From contig MU056311.1 of the NCBI GenBank assembly GCA_013239625.1, positions 62,001 through 126,000 of the forward strand: a stretch of 64,000 bases of DNA, read 5' to 3'. The notes beneath the pieces were generated by a model that saw only the letters and a list, made by a program, of their open reading frames with translations, was not told where the DNA came from and made no database searches. This stretch comes from Lama guanicoe. Taxonomy: Eukaryota. Within the stretch, counting starts at the first letter, position 1, and every line of letters starts with the position of its first letter. The position numbers were made by a program, and so were the translations under genes. Positions 13,272 through 24,070 of the stretch are shown here, one piece after another.

Positions 13272-14539
13272 AACAGGGCTGAGATTGGAGAACTCTCCTC
13301 CAATCTGTTCTTCACAACTCTACTTTCTAGCTCTTAACTCTTCCTGGTGATGTCTGTCTGGTCCTGCAGGGAGGATAAACATGGGGAACCCAAGACAACA
13401 GAATGTGATCTTGCCATGAATGCCTTTGACTCGATTCCTCCTTAATTTGGAACAAAGAACACACACTCATTAATAGGCATTAAAAAGGTGGCTCAGAACT
13501 CTTATTCTAAGTCTTCAATAAATGACACCAGATCTCTAACCTATATACATTTTTTTCCTTCTCACAATTTTCATTTTTAAATTTAAAAGAAAACCCATAG
13601 CTGTATCATCTTGTTGTATAATACTTCGTATTATTTTCATACCACATCTTTTTAAAAGGCCTCTTATTGTCCATCTGTCATAAAACTGAAAGCAAAACAC
13701 ACTTGCTGGGAGCTGTAAACCATCCCCCAAAGTCTGGTGGCTGCAGTTTCTGTACTTTCAGGTAAGAAGACCCCTCATTTTTAAAATACGCTGACAACAC
13801 GTCCCTTCTCTTTCTCTCACTGCCACTAAGGAACACTGGGAAGGTAATTTTGTAATTGCAGTGGGAAAAGAAAGAGACTGATTAGTTCGTCTTTGTTCCA
13901 TAATCCTCTTATACAATTCCTTTAAATTAAAAAGCACGGAGATAAAATAGCCATGAAGATCAAAATGACAATTGTAGGTTGACATATCTGAACATGCTCT
14001 AATATCATTAAATTCGTATCACTAGAAGGAAAAAAGAAAAAAAAAGAAAAACCAACAACTGCAAATGCCCCAGATACATTACTTTGTATAGAAAGAGAAA
14101 CAATTATGAAGAAGAAACACGAATGAATCAAGTAAGCCTGGCAAAATAGTAACTTGGATGCAGGGTTTCAAAGCCTAATTATGCTGACAAGTTCTAGTCT
14201 AGGTATGTGAATAAATAAATAATGCACAGCGTGACCTGGAAAAATCATTACCGACACCTTCCAGAGGTCACATCTCTCCTATAAATCTTTTCACAAAATA
14301 TTTTCAACACACTAATTTGACTCACACACACACACAAATGGACAGAATCAAGTATAGGGGAAGAGTTGTGTATTCAAGATTGAATACATAAGGAGGCAAG
14401 TAATAGTTTGATAGTTGCAAGAGCGCCTTTTGGTCATCCAGGACTTGAAGATCTGCGGAATAAGAATAATGTAATAAACAAACATAAATAAAACCAGCAA
14501 ACAAACAACAAGGTTTTAGAAGATCCAACGTCATGACAG

Positions 14540-14810
14540 ATAATCGTGAAACGCAGGAAGTGACGAAGAAACTCAGATGAAGGAGAGACTGGGAGATCCA
14601 CTCGTGGGAGTGGTAACTGGAAGGAACTCAAGCTGGCTGGCTTGCGGTAAGTGAAATCAAGGTGCATTTCAGGGTGTGCGTGAAGCTGAAGTGGACGCGA
14701 CCAGAAGGGAGCACAGGGCAAGAGCTGGAAAGAGAGACAGGGACCGGATTACGAGGCGCCTCGAAAGTCAGTCCGGGAGAAACATGCTGCGCTCTGCAGA
14801 AGTAGGTACG
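14540..14810 (-). mobile_element. L2 fragment
   Basis: Purine-rich antisense L2 pattern (gagctggaaagagagacagggaccggattacgaggcgcctcgaaagtc). Confidence 0.5.
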
Positions 14811-15199
14811 GTGCTGGAGACACCGTTTTTTTTCTCCCCAGTGTTCTGTTAGTATTGCATTTCAGAGATCATGACAACAAAGCAGGACAGGAACAACAAT
14901 CCTGGAACTTGCGGTTTAAAAATAACAAAAAATTCTCATTTCCAAGGAAGAGATTTCCAGTCCAAACAAGCGTAGGGCTTGACCCACTGGCTGCATGAAG
15001 AGAGGAGGGGGGAAGGTCTAAAACATGTTGCGTATTTTCATACTTCAGGAAACAGTTCCAGGACAATTGTTTATATTCTTTCACATTTGGTGGCTTTCAA
15101 GATCCAGAGAAGAATTTCTGAAGAGGATTCCACGAAGCATAGATATTTAGAGGTTCCCCTAAGGGCTTGATACTTAAGCTGGTCCTCACTGAGAGGGTA

Positions 15200-15300
15200 G
15201 GAGGGAGGGAAGGAGGGAGGAAGGAAGGGAAGAAGGGAGGAAGGAAGGGAGGGAGGGAGGGAGGGAGGGAGGAAGGAAGAAGAAAAGAAAAGGAAAAAAA
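15200..15300 (+). repeat. (GGAA/GGGA)n polypurine simple repeat
   Basis: About 100 bp of uninterrupted purines. Confidence 0.95.
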
Positions 15301-17221
15301 CCCACCTGGCTGCTGTCCGCAGGCTGGTTCTCCCTCACCCTCTTTCTCGATGGCTTCGCTCTGTTGTGTCCCCCTCTCCTTGAGAGGTTCTGTCATGTTC
15401 CCACCACTTATGAGGACCCCTCGCCAATGTCTGCACGACCTCTGGTGTCTCTGTCACAGTCTAACGTGTTAAACGCTAACCACATCGAGTGATTTTAGTT
15501 TTTTTTTTTTGAAGAATGAACCCCCATGAGGGGCATCACAGAGTCACAGCCTTCTCGGTTAAAGTGTGTAGAAAGTCGCCAGTGACCGTGGGTTCCAGCG
15601 ATACGGCACCTGGAGCTCCTCGTGGGGGCACAGCGATGCCCGCAGCCCTGCCTGAGAGTCTCGGCCTCCCCGCTCCGGCCCCCAGGGCTTCTCTGCTGAG
15701 CACGGCAGCAGACGAGGAACAGACGCCTCTCCCTCAAATGACGGAAGTTCCACCTCGATGCTTCAACCTATCAGTCAATGACAATAATTCTACCCAATAG
15801 TAATGGGATGATTTTTCTCTTTTAACTTTCTCTTGATATTATCTACAAATACTTTAAAAAGTATTAGGATTAATATTTCGAAAATGTCGTATTGTTTCCA
15901 TTTAAATGGAGTGCAGGCGTTGAGCAGATAGTGCACAGATAACCTGCTGCCTCACTTCCAGAACCAGCGCCACAAACCAGAGGAACCCCAACGGCTGGAT
16001 GTGTCTTAAGTTGTTCGCAATCATTATATTTTATAAAGAAAGGAGAAAAAAAACGAGACAGAACAAAGAAGGCAGGGTTGACGCTGGAGAAATTTACATT
16101 TCTAGTGCATAAGGGAAGTATCTGCTCAGTTTTGTTAATTTCTTGTAAAAACGTGACCCTTGTCATGTTGTCAGGGTCCCCCTTCTATTATGTCTGAAGT
16201 GCCAATCACACCCTGCAAGTCTTAACTACCCACAGCTGTATTATACATCAAAGTACATCACTTTTCCAACCATAAAAAAAATCTGAAACAAAGAGACAAA
16301 AATGGTTGATGGCCTTTGAATACACTCTGTGGTCCAGTCTTTGAAAGAAAAGTGAATATTCTTAAGCTCAGAGGAACCCATTTTCATAAAGAGGAGCTGT
16401 GTTTAACTTTCTGTAACGCTGAAGATTACTGATTTGCATAGAAGTCAAAGGTCTGTAGTGTTGATTATCGATTTACTGGTAGAAAAAGGAAGTGAAAATT
16501 CACTCAGAGAGTCCTCAGGTTTTAAGAACCACAGTCAGGTCAAGGCTGTGGGATTTTATACAAAAAGAAATGGTGAGAGTCCACCATGTGTTTTGCATAA
16601 ATATCAACCTCATGTAGAAAATTACTCACTTGTAAAAGAAGAATAAAGATACTTTCCCTTAAAAACAAGAGGAGAAATAAATAAGTTTCTGTGAATAAAG
16701 GCACAGAGATTCACCAGGATCTGGAAAAGAACTGCTTAGAATTCACAATTAATTTCAAAGGCTTTTAATTCAGTAGAGATCACTCCCCAAATAATCCTAA
16801 TTTTAATCTAACACTTAGCTCCTTCTTATGTAACACTAACCATATCAGAGCATACTAAACAGTAAGAGAAAAAATAAAATAATTTAATCTTACAGTATTT
16901 TTATATGAAAGAGCACAATTACCCCTTGAAGTCTTCCCATAACATAAACACTGTGGACAAGGAGCTGAGTCTCAGCTTTATTGTAAAACCATTTAAAAAA
17001 ATAAAAAGATTAAACGGCATAGAATGATGAACACTGGCAACGCAGGCGCCAAAGATAAAGAAGGAATCTTCTGATATAACTGCACAATTTCATGATGTAG
17101 TGTATTCATCATGACATCAGTGGGCTAATTAGCCTGTGAAGTCCCAGTGAATAGTTTACTAGATTTGAGAGACCTCTTATGGGAAGGGAGGTAGAGATGG
17201 ATGGATGGATAGATGGATAAA

Positions 17222-17340
17222 CTGAGATTTCTGACACCACCCAAAACCACTATTGAGAATTACCTGCAGGAGAACCCTTGGAATCTGCATTTAAATAAGA
17301 CCTCAAGTAATTCTTATGAACACAAAATTTGTAAAAGATT
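17222..17340. mobile_element. MER5A-like hAT-Charlie DNA transposon fragment
   Basis: ggaatctgcatttaaataagacctcaagtaattcttatgaacacaaaattt resembles MER5A. Confidence 0.65.
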
Positions 17341-20300
17341 ATTCAAAAAACTCTACATCACTGTTACAATGCCACCATCTACAACCATAAAGGTAACCTG
17401 TCTGGTATAAAAATCACGCATTGGGGAAATGGTTGATGAACTCAAAAGCTTCTCTGGTTCCACTGGGAATCACATGGCTTAAAATTATCTCGATCATTCA
17501 GGCAGAAAGTTGGATTCACATTTCTAATATCTACATGCCATATTCATTTTTCTTGGAACTTATTGAGGTTAAAGGTCTCCAAAATACATAAAACCTCCAA
17601 GTAAATACATAAAAGGTACTTAGAATTACACTAATAATTAATCTCAGGCTGTAATAATATCCTAAAAGTGACTCATTGGTGAAAAAACTGGGAAGGAATA
17701 ACAGCTTGACTCTTTCATGTCTATATTTCCCGTGATGTCATGTTAATAATAAGGACAGTTTTTACATCACAAAGAATCATTCAACTTATGGCTTTACAGA
17801 CAGTGGGAGAAAATCATGTTAAGATCATAAGCATGGAGATGGTAGTGCCCCTTTTATACTACTTACATTTGGAGAGAATGACCACAGTGAAGTGCCCCTT
17901 TCCCTTCTATAGCCTTTCCAGAGCTAAAACTAGCACAAGAGAAAGGGAGAAGGTTTCAACAAATACCTTGCAAAGTGTATTAGAGACATAAAAGATACAG
18001 TAGTTATTTTTGACAGGCATCCAAGCCTGCATGTTTTTCCATCCACCAAGTAAGTTTTAGCAAGAGATATAAGTTGCAAGAGATACATTCGGTGGATCAA
18101 AGTAACAGTGACTCTAAATCGAGTTAATTGGTTGAAATGTTATTCCCAAGTTGAATGTTGCCAACATACCCAGAAATGGGTTTTGTTAGATGAGATGGTG
18201 TGCCTAGTGGATGAGGAGAGCTCATCTACCCAGGACAAAGATGCTCAGGGACGAAGGGGGGCCATGTGCCTCCCTAGAGCACAGATGGCCCTTCCTCTCT
18301 CCAAAATGAACGATCGATATAAATGGTTTAAGGAACTCACAGCTAAACTCAAAAATGAAAAAGGCTTGATCTCCAGGGGGAGGGGTGGGGGTGGGGGGAG
18401 GGCCCACAAGTTTTGCATTATTTCCATAAAGCTCTTGCAATCAGTCAGTTTTCACCAGTTCAATGAAACCATTTTCTTCTACTCTTTCTTACACAATGGG
18501 AATTTTAATTCTGTTACTTGTCCACTAAGTACTAGGGACTGAATACCACCCCCTCCACCATATAGACATAATTGCCAGTCAAAGGTCATTTACGGCCACC
18601 TTAGAGTCCCTGCAGAAGAGGCCTGTATTTCTTCGGACTCGGGCAATACCTAAACACGATGATCGAAAATTCATACTCCTGGGCTCCAAAGCGGACATTC
18701 AGCGAGCTCAGCCCAGCGGCCAGGCCATCGCAGGCAAACTCAGAGGGGCTATTTCCTTGAGGACTAATTATTTTCAGCCCAGCCAAAGCATCTATTTCTT
18801 TGCCCCAGGTGGCACACCCAAGCCGGCTCTCCTGTTTCAAACATCATCTATGTCTGGTTGCCATGGTGGCCTGACCGCACACCAGAACTGGTTTGATTCT
18901 ATCTGTTACCACTGCGGGTCCATCAGCCCAAGTTCCTCACCCACTGCAGCAAGGACCCCCGGGCTTTTAAATACGCCCAGGCCACCCAGGGTTGCTCACA
19001 CTGTGGGCTGTACAGTGTCTCTATCTTTACTCCAAAGTCTTCCCCTGATTTATTAGCTAAACAAATAAAACTGAAATAAAAAACATAGCCTTGTCATCTA
19101 CTCTGTGCAAGGAATACACAATCAGTCATCTTCTTCATTCTAGAGAGAGATGAACCTCACCCGAGGAAATGCAAAAGGCTGAAGGGAAAGTGGAGTTTAA
19201 ATTGCATGTAGGCAAGCAGTAGAAGCGTGTTTTCACTATGAGCTCAGCAGAAGGCCTACCGGAGGCCCACTGAGAATTCAGCAGAGCACAGAGCATTCAT
19301 TCAATGTGCCATTTGCATCCCAACGGCTCCGAAGTGTCCACACTCGGTGTGCTGTGTCTCTTGCCCTGAGCACTGACTGGCCACTGCACCTTTGTCTATC
19401 TGTTTCTTAAAGGGAGCCGAACCATTTTCTTGACATTTTCAGAGCTGTGTTGGCGTATGTTTGAGAAGACAAACTGCAGACTAGGGAAGCATTGCCCCCC
19501 GGAGGAGGGAGGAGCTGCTTTAGCCAGTAGGAAGGTTCAAGCATGGTGGCTGGGGAGGTCTCCTGGTCAAGCTGCGTGGGCCAGCTGAAGGCTGGTATAA
19601 AAGCAGTGACTGCCCTTCCCTCTCAAGGCCGCTGTCAGTGGAGACGCTCCAGACCTGGGGGGGGGGTTCTACTGCCACGTGACTATGTCCCATTTGCTCC
19701 CTGGGACTTGTTTAATGAGACCTCCTTGTCCTCCTATTCAATTTAACCAAGCCCAGCACCGAGGACGGAAGCCTCCCCTTTGCTAACCTTTTCAAGCACT
19801 TAAGCCCCTAGCGCAGAACTCTGTAAGTGCTCCAGGCGCACGGGGGTGGGGGTGGGGGGAGTCCCCGGGACATCAGTAATGCAGAAACATTAACTCGCTT
19901 CTAGATGGTCCGTCTGTTCAGCGTATTGGGGGGGTGGTTCCCGTGAAGGCCCCTTACTCACAGGAGTTCCTGTCTTCCCCAGGAGAGCACATATATTCCC
20001 AGCCCTAAAGGAACATGGCCAGCAAATGAAGGGTCTTTGCATCTTTCAGGGTGATAAGAATTGTTAAAAAGGTAACTCACATAGACGCTTACAGGTTTAG
20101 GACCATCTCTCTCCCTCTCTCTCTCTGCCCTTGTAGGGTTTTTGTTCAAATCTGGCAATGCATACTTAAATCTCTGCTGGGTGGGTCGGTGAATATTAGA
20201 TTTAAGGGTTTTGATAAACACTCCACCTTTCTCTCCCAGGCTTCCTCTGGTGAGACGGTAGGGCTACTGTTATCCGAGCTCCTTTCAGAGTGCTTTCTGA

Positions 20301-21180
20301 ATAATGCCTGCAAATAACTGCCGCCTCCTTGCTGCGCAAACGCAAGTCACAATTGAGAAGCAAACTTTGTTTGCCCGAACAGCCCATAGATCAGCCCCAG
20401 ATAAAGGGCGCAGATCCGAGCGCTCACGGAATGAATTATTCCACCGACTTACTAGGTGAAGAGCGGAGGCTTTAAAGCCGTCTTCCCTCTCCCGTGGTCC
20501 CCAAATGTGCTGCTTCTGCGGAGGTAGGCACACACGTGAGGCTCAACCTTTACAAAAGCATTAATAATCCGAAAGAGAAGGAGCATCGCAAGGGAATCCC
20601 GGGTACCCCAACGTCGTCCTGAAGCCTAAAGCGCAATCAGATACGGCTGATGACCCGGGTACTAACGGTACCCGGTTCTGCTGACCCCCCGCAGCCGCCT
20701 CCAGCCTCTCACGACTCGCAAACAGGTCACGAATTACGCCCCACGCATCAAAATCTCTCCGCCCGCCTTCGCCACAGCGGGCGGCGCCAGCAGGGCGCAC
20801 GCGGCCCGGCTCCCGCGGCGGCGGCCCGCGCCTGCCCCCGGGCGCTACCCTGCTTCTCCTCGGGAAGACCCAATGCGCGCCTGCGCCCCCGGGCGCGCCC
20901 GGCCGAGGCCCGACCTTGGCCACCTGGGCCTCGCTGCCAAGGGGAACGCGACCCCACCCCAGTGGCCGGAGCCCTGGAAGGGCGATTCCGGCTCTGGCGT
21001 CACCAGCCTCCTGCCTGCAGCCAGCTCCCACGCGCCCACCTGCGCTCGCACTTGACCCCGCGGGGGCAGCGGAGACGCGGCCCCGGCCCCGCGAGGGTGA
21101 TGAGGGGCCGCGCGCACCCACCGCAGCCTCCCCCAGGCAAGAGGGCTGCCAGCACGGCCGCGAGGCCCCTCCACGCGCAA

Positions 21181-21237
21181 ACACGCGCGCGCGCGCGCGC
21201 ACACACACACACTCCGAACAGACACACACGCGGAAGC

Positions 21238-21274
<37 letters not shown>
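21181..21274. repeat. (CG)8(CA)n and (CA)n alternating purine-pyrimidine microsatellite
   Basis: Alternating tracts at 21181-21212 and 21236-21274. Confidence 0.95.
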
Positions 21275-21277
<3 letters not shown>

Positions 21278-23458
21278 CTCCCCGCCCCCCAGCGCCAGGG
21301 GCCTGGGACCCTGGACTCCACTTTTCAGCGTCTACAGCCGGGACCTGGGACCCCCAGGGCGCAGGAGGTGCTGTCCTCCCGGGGAGCCCAGGACTTTGCG
21401 CCCCTTGCCCCGTTGGCCCAAGGATCTGCCAGAGCAGCCCCAGCCCCCGCCCCCGCCTCGCCCCACTCCAGCGGCTCGGCCCACCCGCGAAGGGGCGGAA
21501 TCCGAATCCGCCCGGCACACACGTGTGCGGATTATCAAGCAGCCCAGACCCAGCCGCCACCGTCTCCAGGCAGCAACCTCTGCTAATTGCGGGGGAAGGG
21601 CGCTCGGAGTGCGCGGAACCGCGGGGAACCGAGAGTGCGCTCCGAGGCTGAGCTGCCTGCGGAGGCGAGGAGGCGGCCGGGCTCTGCTGGGTTGGGTGCT
21701 GGGGAGAAGGGCGGGAAGTTGTGCGGAGTTGCGTAGCAGGTGTTTCCTCTCTGCGCTGGGGCTTGGTGGGCAAAGCCGGGTCCTGCCCGGACCCCCGATC
21801 CACACGGGCACACCTCCCAGGGCCAGCCCTCTTTGCCCTCGACTCTTCCTGCTTCGACCCTTCCCAGCCAGCCCAGCGCTCGGGAGGCTCCAGCAGCGGC
21901 GCCCAGGGAGGGGCAGCTGGACCGAGCCGGGCAGGTGGGCGGAGGGTCGGTGTCTGCGGGGAGCTCCCCAATCCCGAGCGCCCCTGAGCTCCAGCAACTA
22001 AGCAACCCATCTGCGCTCCCTGTCATCCTGGGGCGCATTCCCACAAACACCCCTTTGTGAGGGCCGGTGCTTGCGTGGAGGGGCTGGTACACAGCGGTCG
22101 GCTCTCAACCAGCCCTGCACGCTGGTGGAGAAGCACAAGGGCGAGAGGAAGCCTCCTCTGCCAGTGTCTCCATCTCTCCCCAGGCCAGGCCCATCTGGAG
22201 TTTCCTACGGAACCAAAGACAGTCCTCCTTCGCCTTGTCAATCACCCTTGAATCTGGAACACTGAAGGAATAGAAAATGGGCGGAAAGGAAGATGGAAGA
22301 ATCTAGAGAGGAAAGGGGAGTTTCATGTGGGGAAAGAGCAAATGGCCATTTTTTTAAACCCCCTTGATTTAATTCCATCCTTTAAGAAGGAAAAGATACA
22401 AAATCTATTTAGATACAGATGCTTCCAGGAGTGGGACGACGTGTGTAGACTGATGGGCTACAGTGAGGAATTGGGGGCAGGTACTTTCCAATGTGAAAAT
22501 CAATCAATATCCCCTCTCTCCATTCTCTCTCTCTCTTCCCCGCCCCCCACCCCCCGAATCAAGAAGGACCTTGTTTTCTTTCCCAGAGAATGGACAAGCG
22601 CAGGAGCTCGTGCCAGCCCCGAGGTTGCAGCCTGTAGGCTGGTGAGGGGGAAGCATTCCCTAACTCAGCTCAAGGAGAACACCAAGTTCACAGAGCTCCA
22701 AGCCGAGGAGCGACCCGGGGACACTCCTTCCCCTGACCAGAGGTGGCAGGGCGGGCGGAAGAACCCTGAGACCAGGCGACTCTCTCTGAGCAGAACCGGT
22801 CCGGGCCTCCCTGCTCCGTGCACGCACCTCGCCAGCTCCTGCCAACTTGCAAGGAGCGAAGTGCGGGGAGAGGAAGGTGGGGGCGGCCCCACCAAGGTAG
22901 CTCCCCACCACTCCCCGAGTCCGTGGGAGGAGGAAGGCGGCACCGGGGTAGGGGTGTGCGGGGCCTGGCCGGCAGGCAGGTTCGCCCGCGGCACCCAGAG
23001 CCCTGGAGAGCCAGAACTTGCGAGGCCGGCTTGGCCCGGGCCACTTTGCCAGCCGCTCCCGGTCCGGGGAGAAAGTCCGGGAACCACCCCAGCCACCCCG
23101 ATCCACTGCGCCCACATCCCCTAGGAGGCAACGCTTCCGCCAACAGCGCAGTTTCAGCCCCACTCGGGTTTGGCTCCATTCTCCCTCACAACCCACCGCA
23201 CCGAGAAAAGAGAGATATTTCGTTTCAGCCCGAGCGAGGGGGAAGGAGAGGCGGGGGTGGGGCGCTGGAGACGGAGGGTGGGCAGAAGGCGATGGAAGCT
23301 GGCCCCCGGCATCGCATTCCCCAGGCGTCCGCGAAGGAGAGCCACCGGCAGAGGCCAGCGGCTCGGTACCCTGCCCTCCTCCAGACAGACACTTGGTTCG
23401 CAAACGGGGCCTCGGAGGGTTCGCCCATCTCCCCCGGCAGCCAGCAAGCCTTCCTTAC

Positions 23459-23543
23459 CCTTCGCTGCAGTGAGGAGCCCCGCGAACAGAACCAGCAGCA
23501 CCAGGAGCAGGAGCAGCGACTTGAATTTCCTCCACGCAGTCAT
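23459..23543 (-). CDS. CSMD1: CSMD1 (CUB and Sushi multiple domains 1), first coding exon, encoding the signal peptide
   Basis: ATG at 23543-23541 (context gcagacATGA) translates to MTAWRKFKSLLLLLVLLVLFAGLLTAAK-G, matching the recalled mammalian CSMD1 N-terminus (human MTAWRRFQSLLLLLGLLVLCARLLTAAKG). The exon ends after 85 coding nt (phase 1) at a strong donor G|GTAAGG. Confidence 0.96.
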
Positions 23544-24070
23544 GTCTGCAGATATTCCACACGCACACACACCGATGGCTCTTCTCAGATGTGCCCGTCT
23601 CCTGCGAGGAACGGCAGGGCTATGAGCAGAGCCAAATAATCACCAGAGGGCAAGGCGAGCAGGGGAGAGATCCCGGTCCCCAGACCGGCCGCGCATCCGA
23701 CGCCTCCTGCAGGTCTGGGCGCCCGGCTCGCTTCCCTCTCATAGCATCGGGTCCCGAACCACCGCAGGGCTGAGCGGCTCCGAACCGGGGCTGCCGGGCC
23801 GGGGCTGCCGGGCCGGGGCCGGGGACGAGCGCCCGCCGAGCGGGCAGGAAGGCACCAAGGCGGCGAGGCTGCGGGAGGGGGCGAGGCGGGGAGAGGAGCG
23901 CGCGCAGCCAGGAGAGACCTGGAGCGGAGGCAGCTGGAGAGCGAGCCAGCGAGTGGGAGCTGCGGGGGGAGGGGGCGCGGGGGGAGGAGAGCCAGTCGGG
24001 AGAGGAAAGGCGGGGAGCGCAGAAGACAGGCTGCTAGCGGCACAAGGAGCCGCTGCCGTGGCGGCTGGAC
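23544..24070 (-). other. CSMD1: CSMD1 exon 1 5' UTR (transcription start approximate)
   Basis: GC-rich sequence contiguous with the start codon and with no obvious acceptor. The 5' boundary is an estimate and cannot be read from the sequence. Confidence 0.6.

Larger units (their letters stand above)
1..23458 (-). other. CSMD1: CSMD1 intron 1 (5' part; continues past the window start)
   Basis: Begins at the GT donor (23458-23457). No CUB-domain exon 2 (expected to continue ...QNCGGLVQGPNGTIESPGFP) appears in the window. CSMD1 intron 1 is known to be very large. Confidence 0.85.

Noticed and set aside
13741-13767. Recursive-splice-like site tttctgtactttcag|gtaaga
   Set aside because: It is on the + strand, antisense to CSMD1, and no supporting transcript is evident.
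13758-14045. Minus-strand acceptor (ttttttccttctag) and short ORFs as a CSMD1 exon
   Set aside because: No CUB or Sushi similarity; the pyrimidine tract is just an A-rich run on the + strand.
23154-23458. Read-through of the CSMD1 ORF past the donor (138-aa ORF in track)
   Set aside because: Sequence after AAK-G is intron (GTAAGG donor), and the track's upstream start is a GTG rather than the real ATG.
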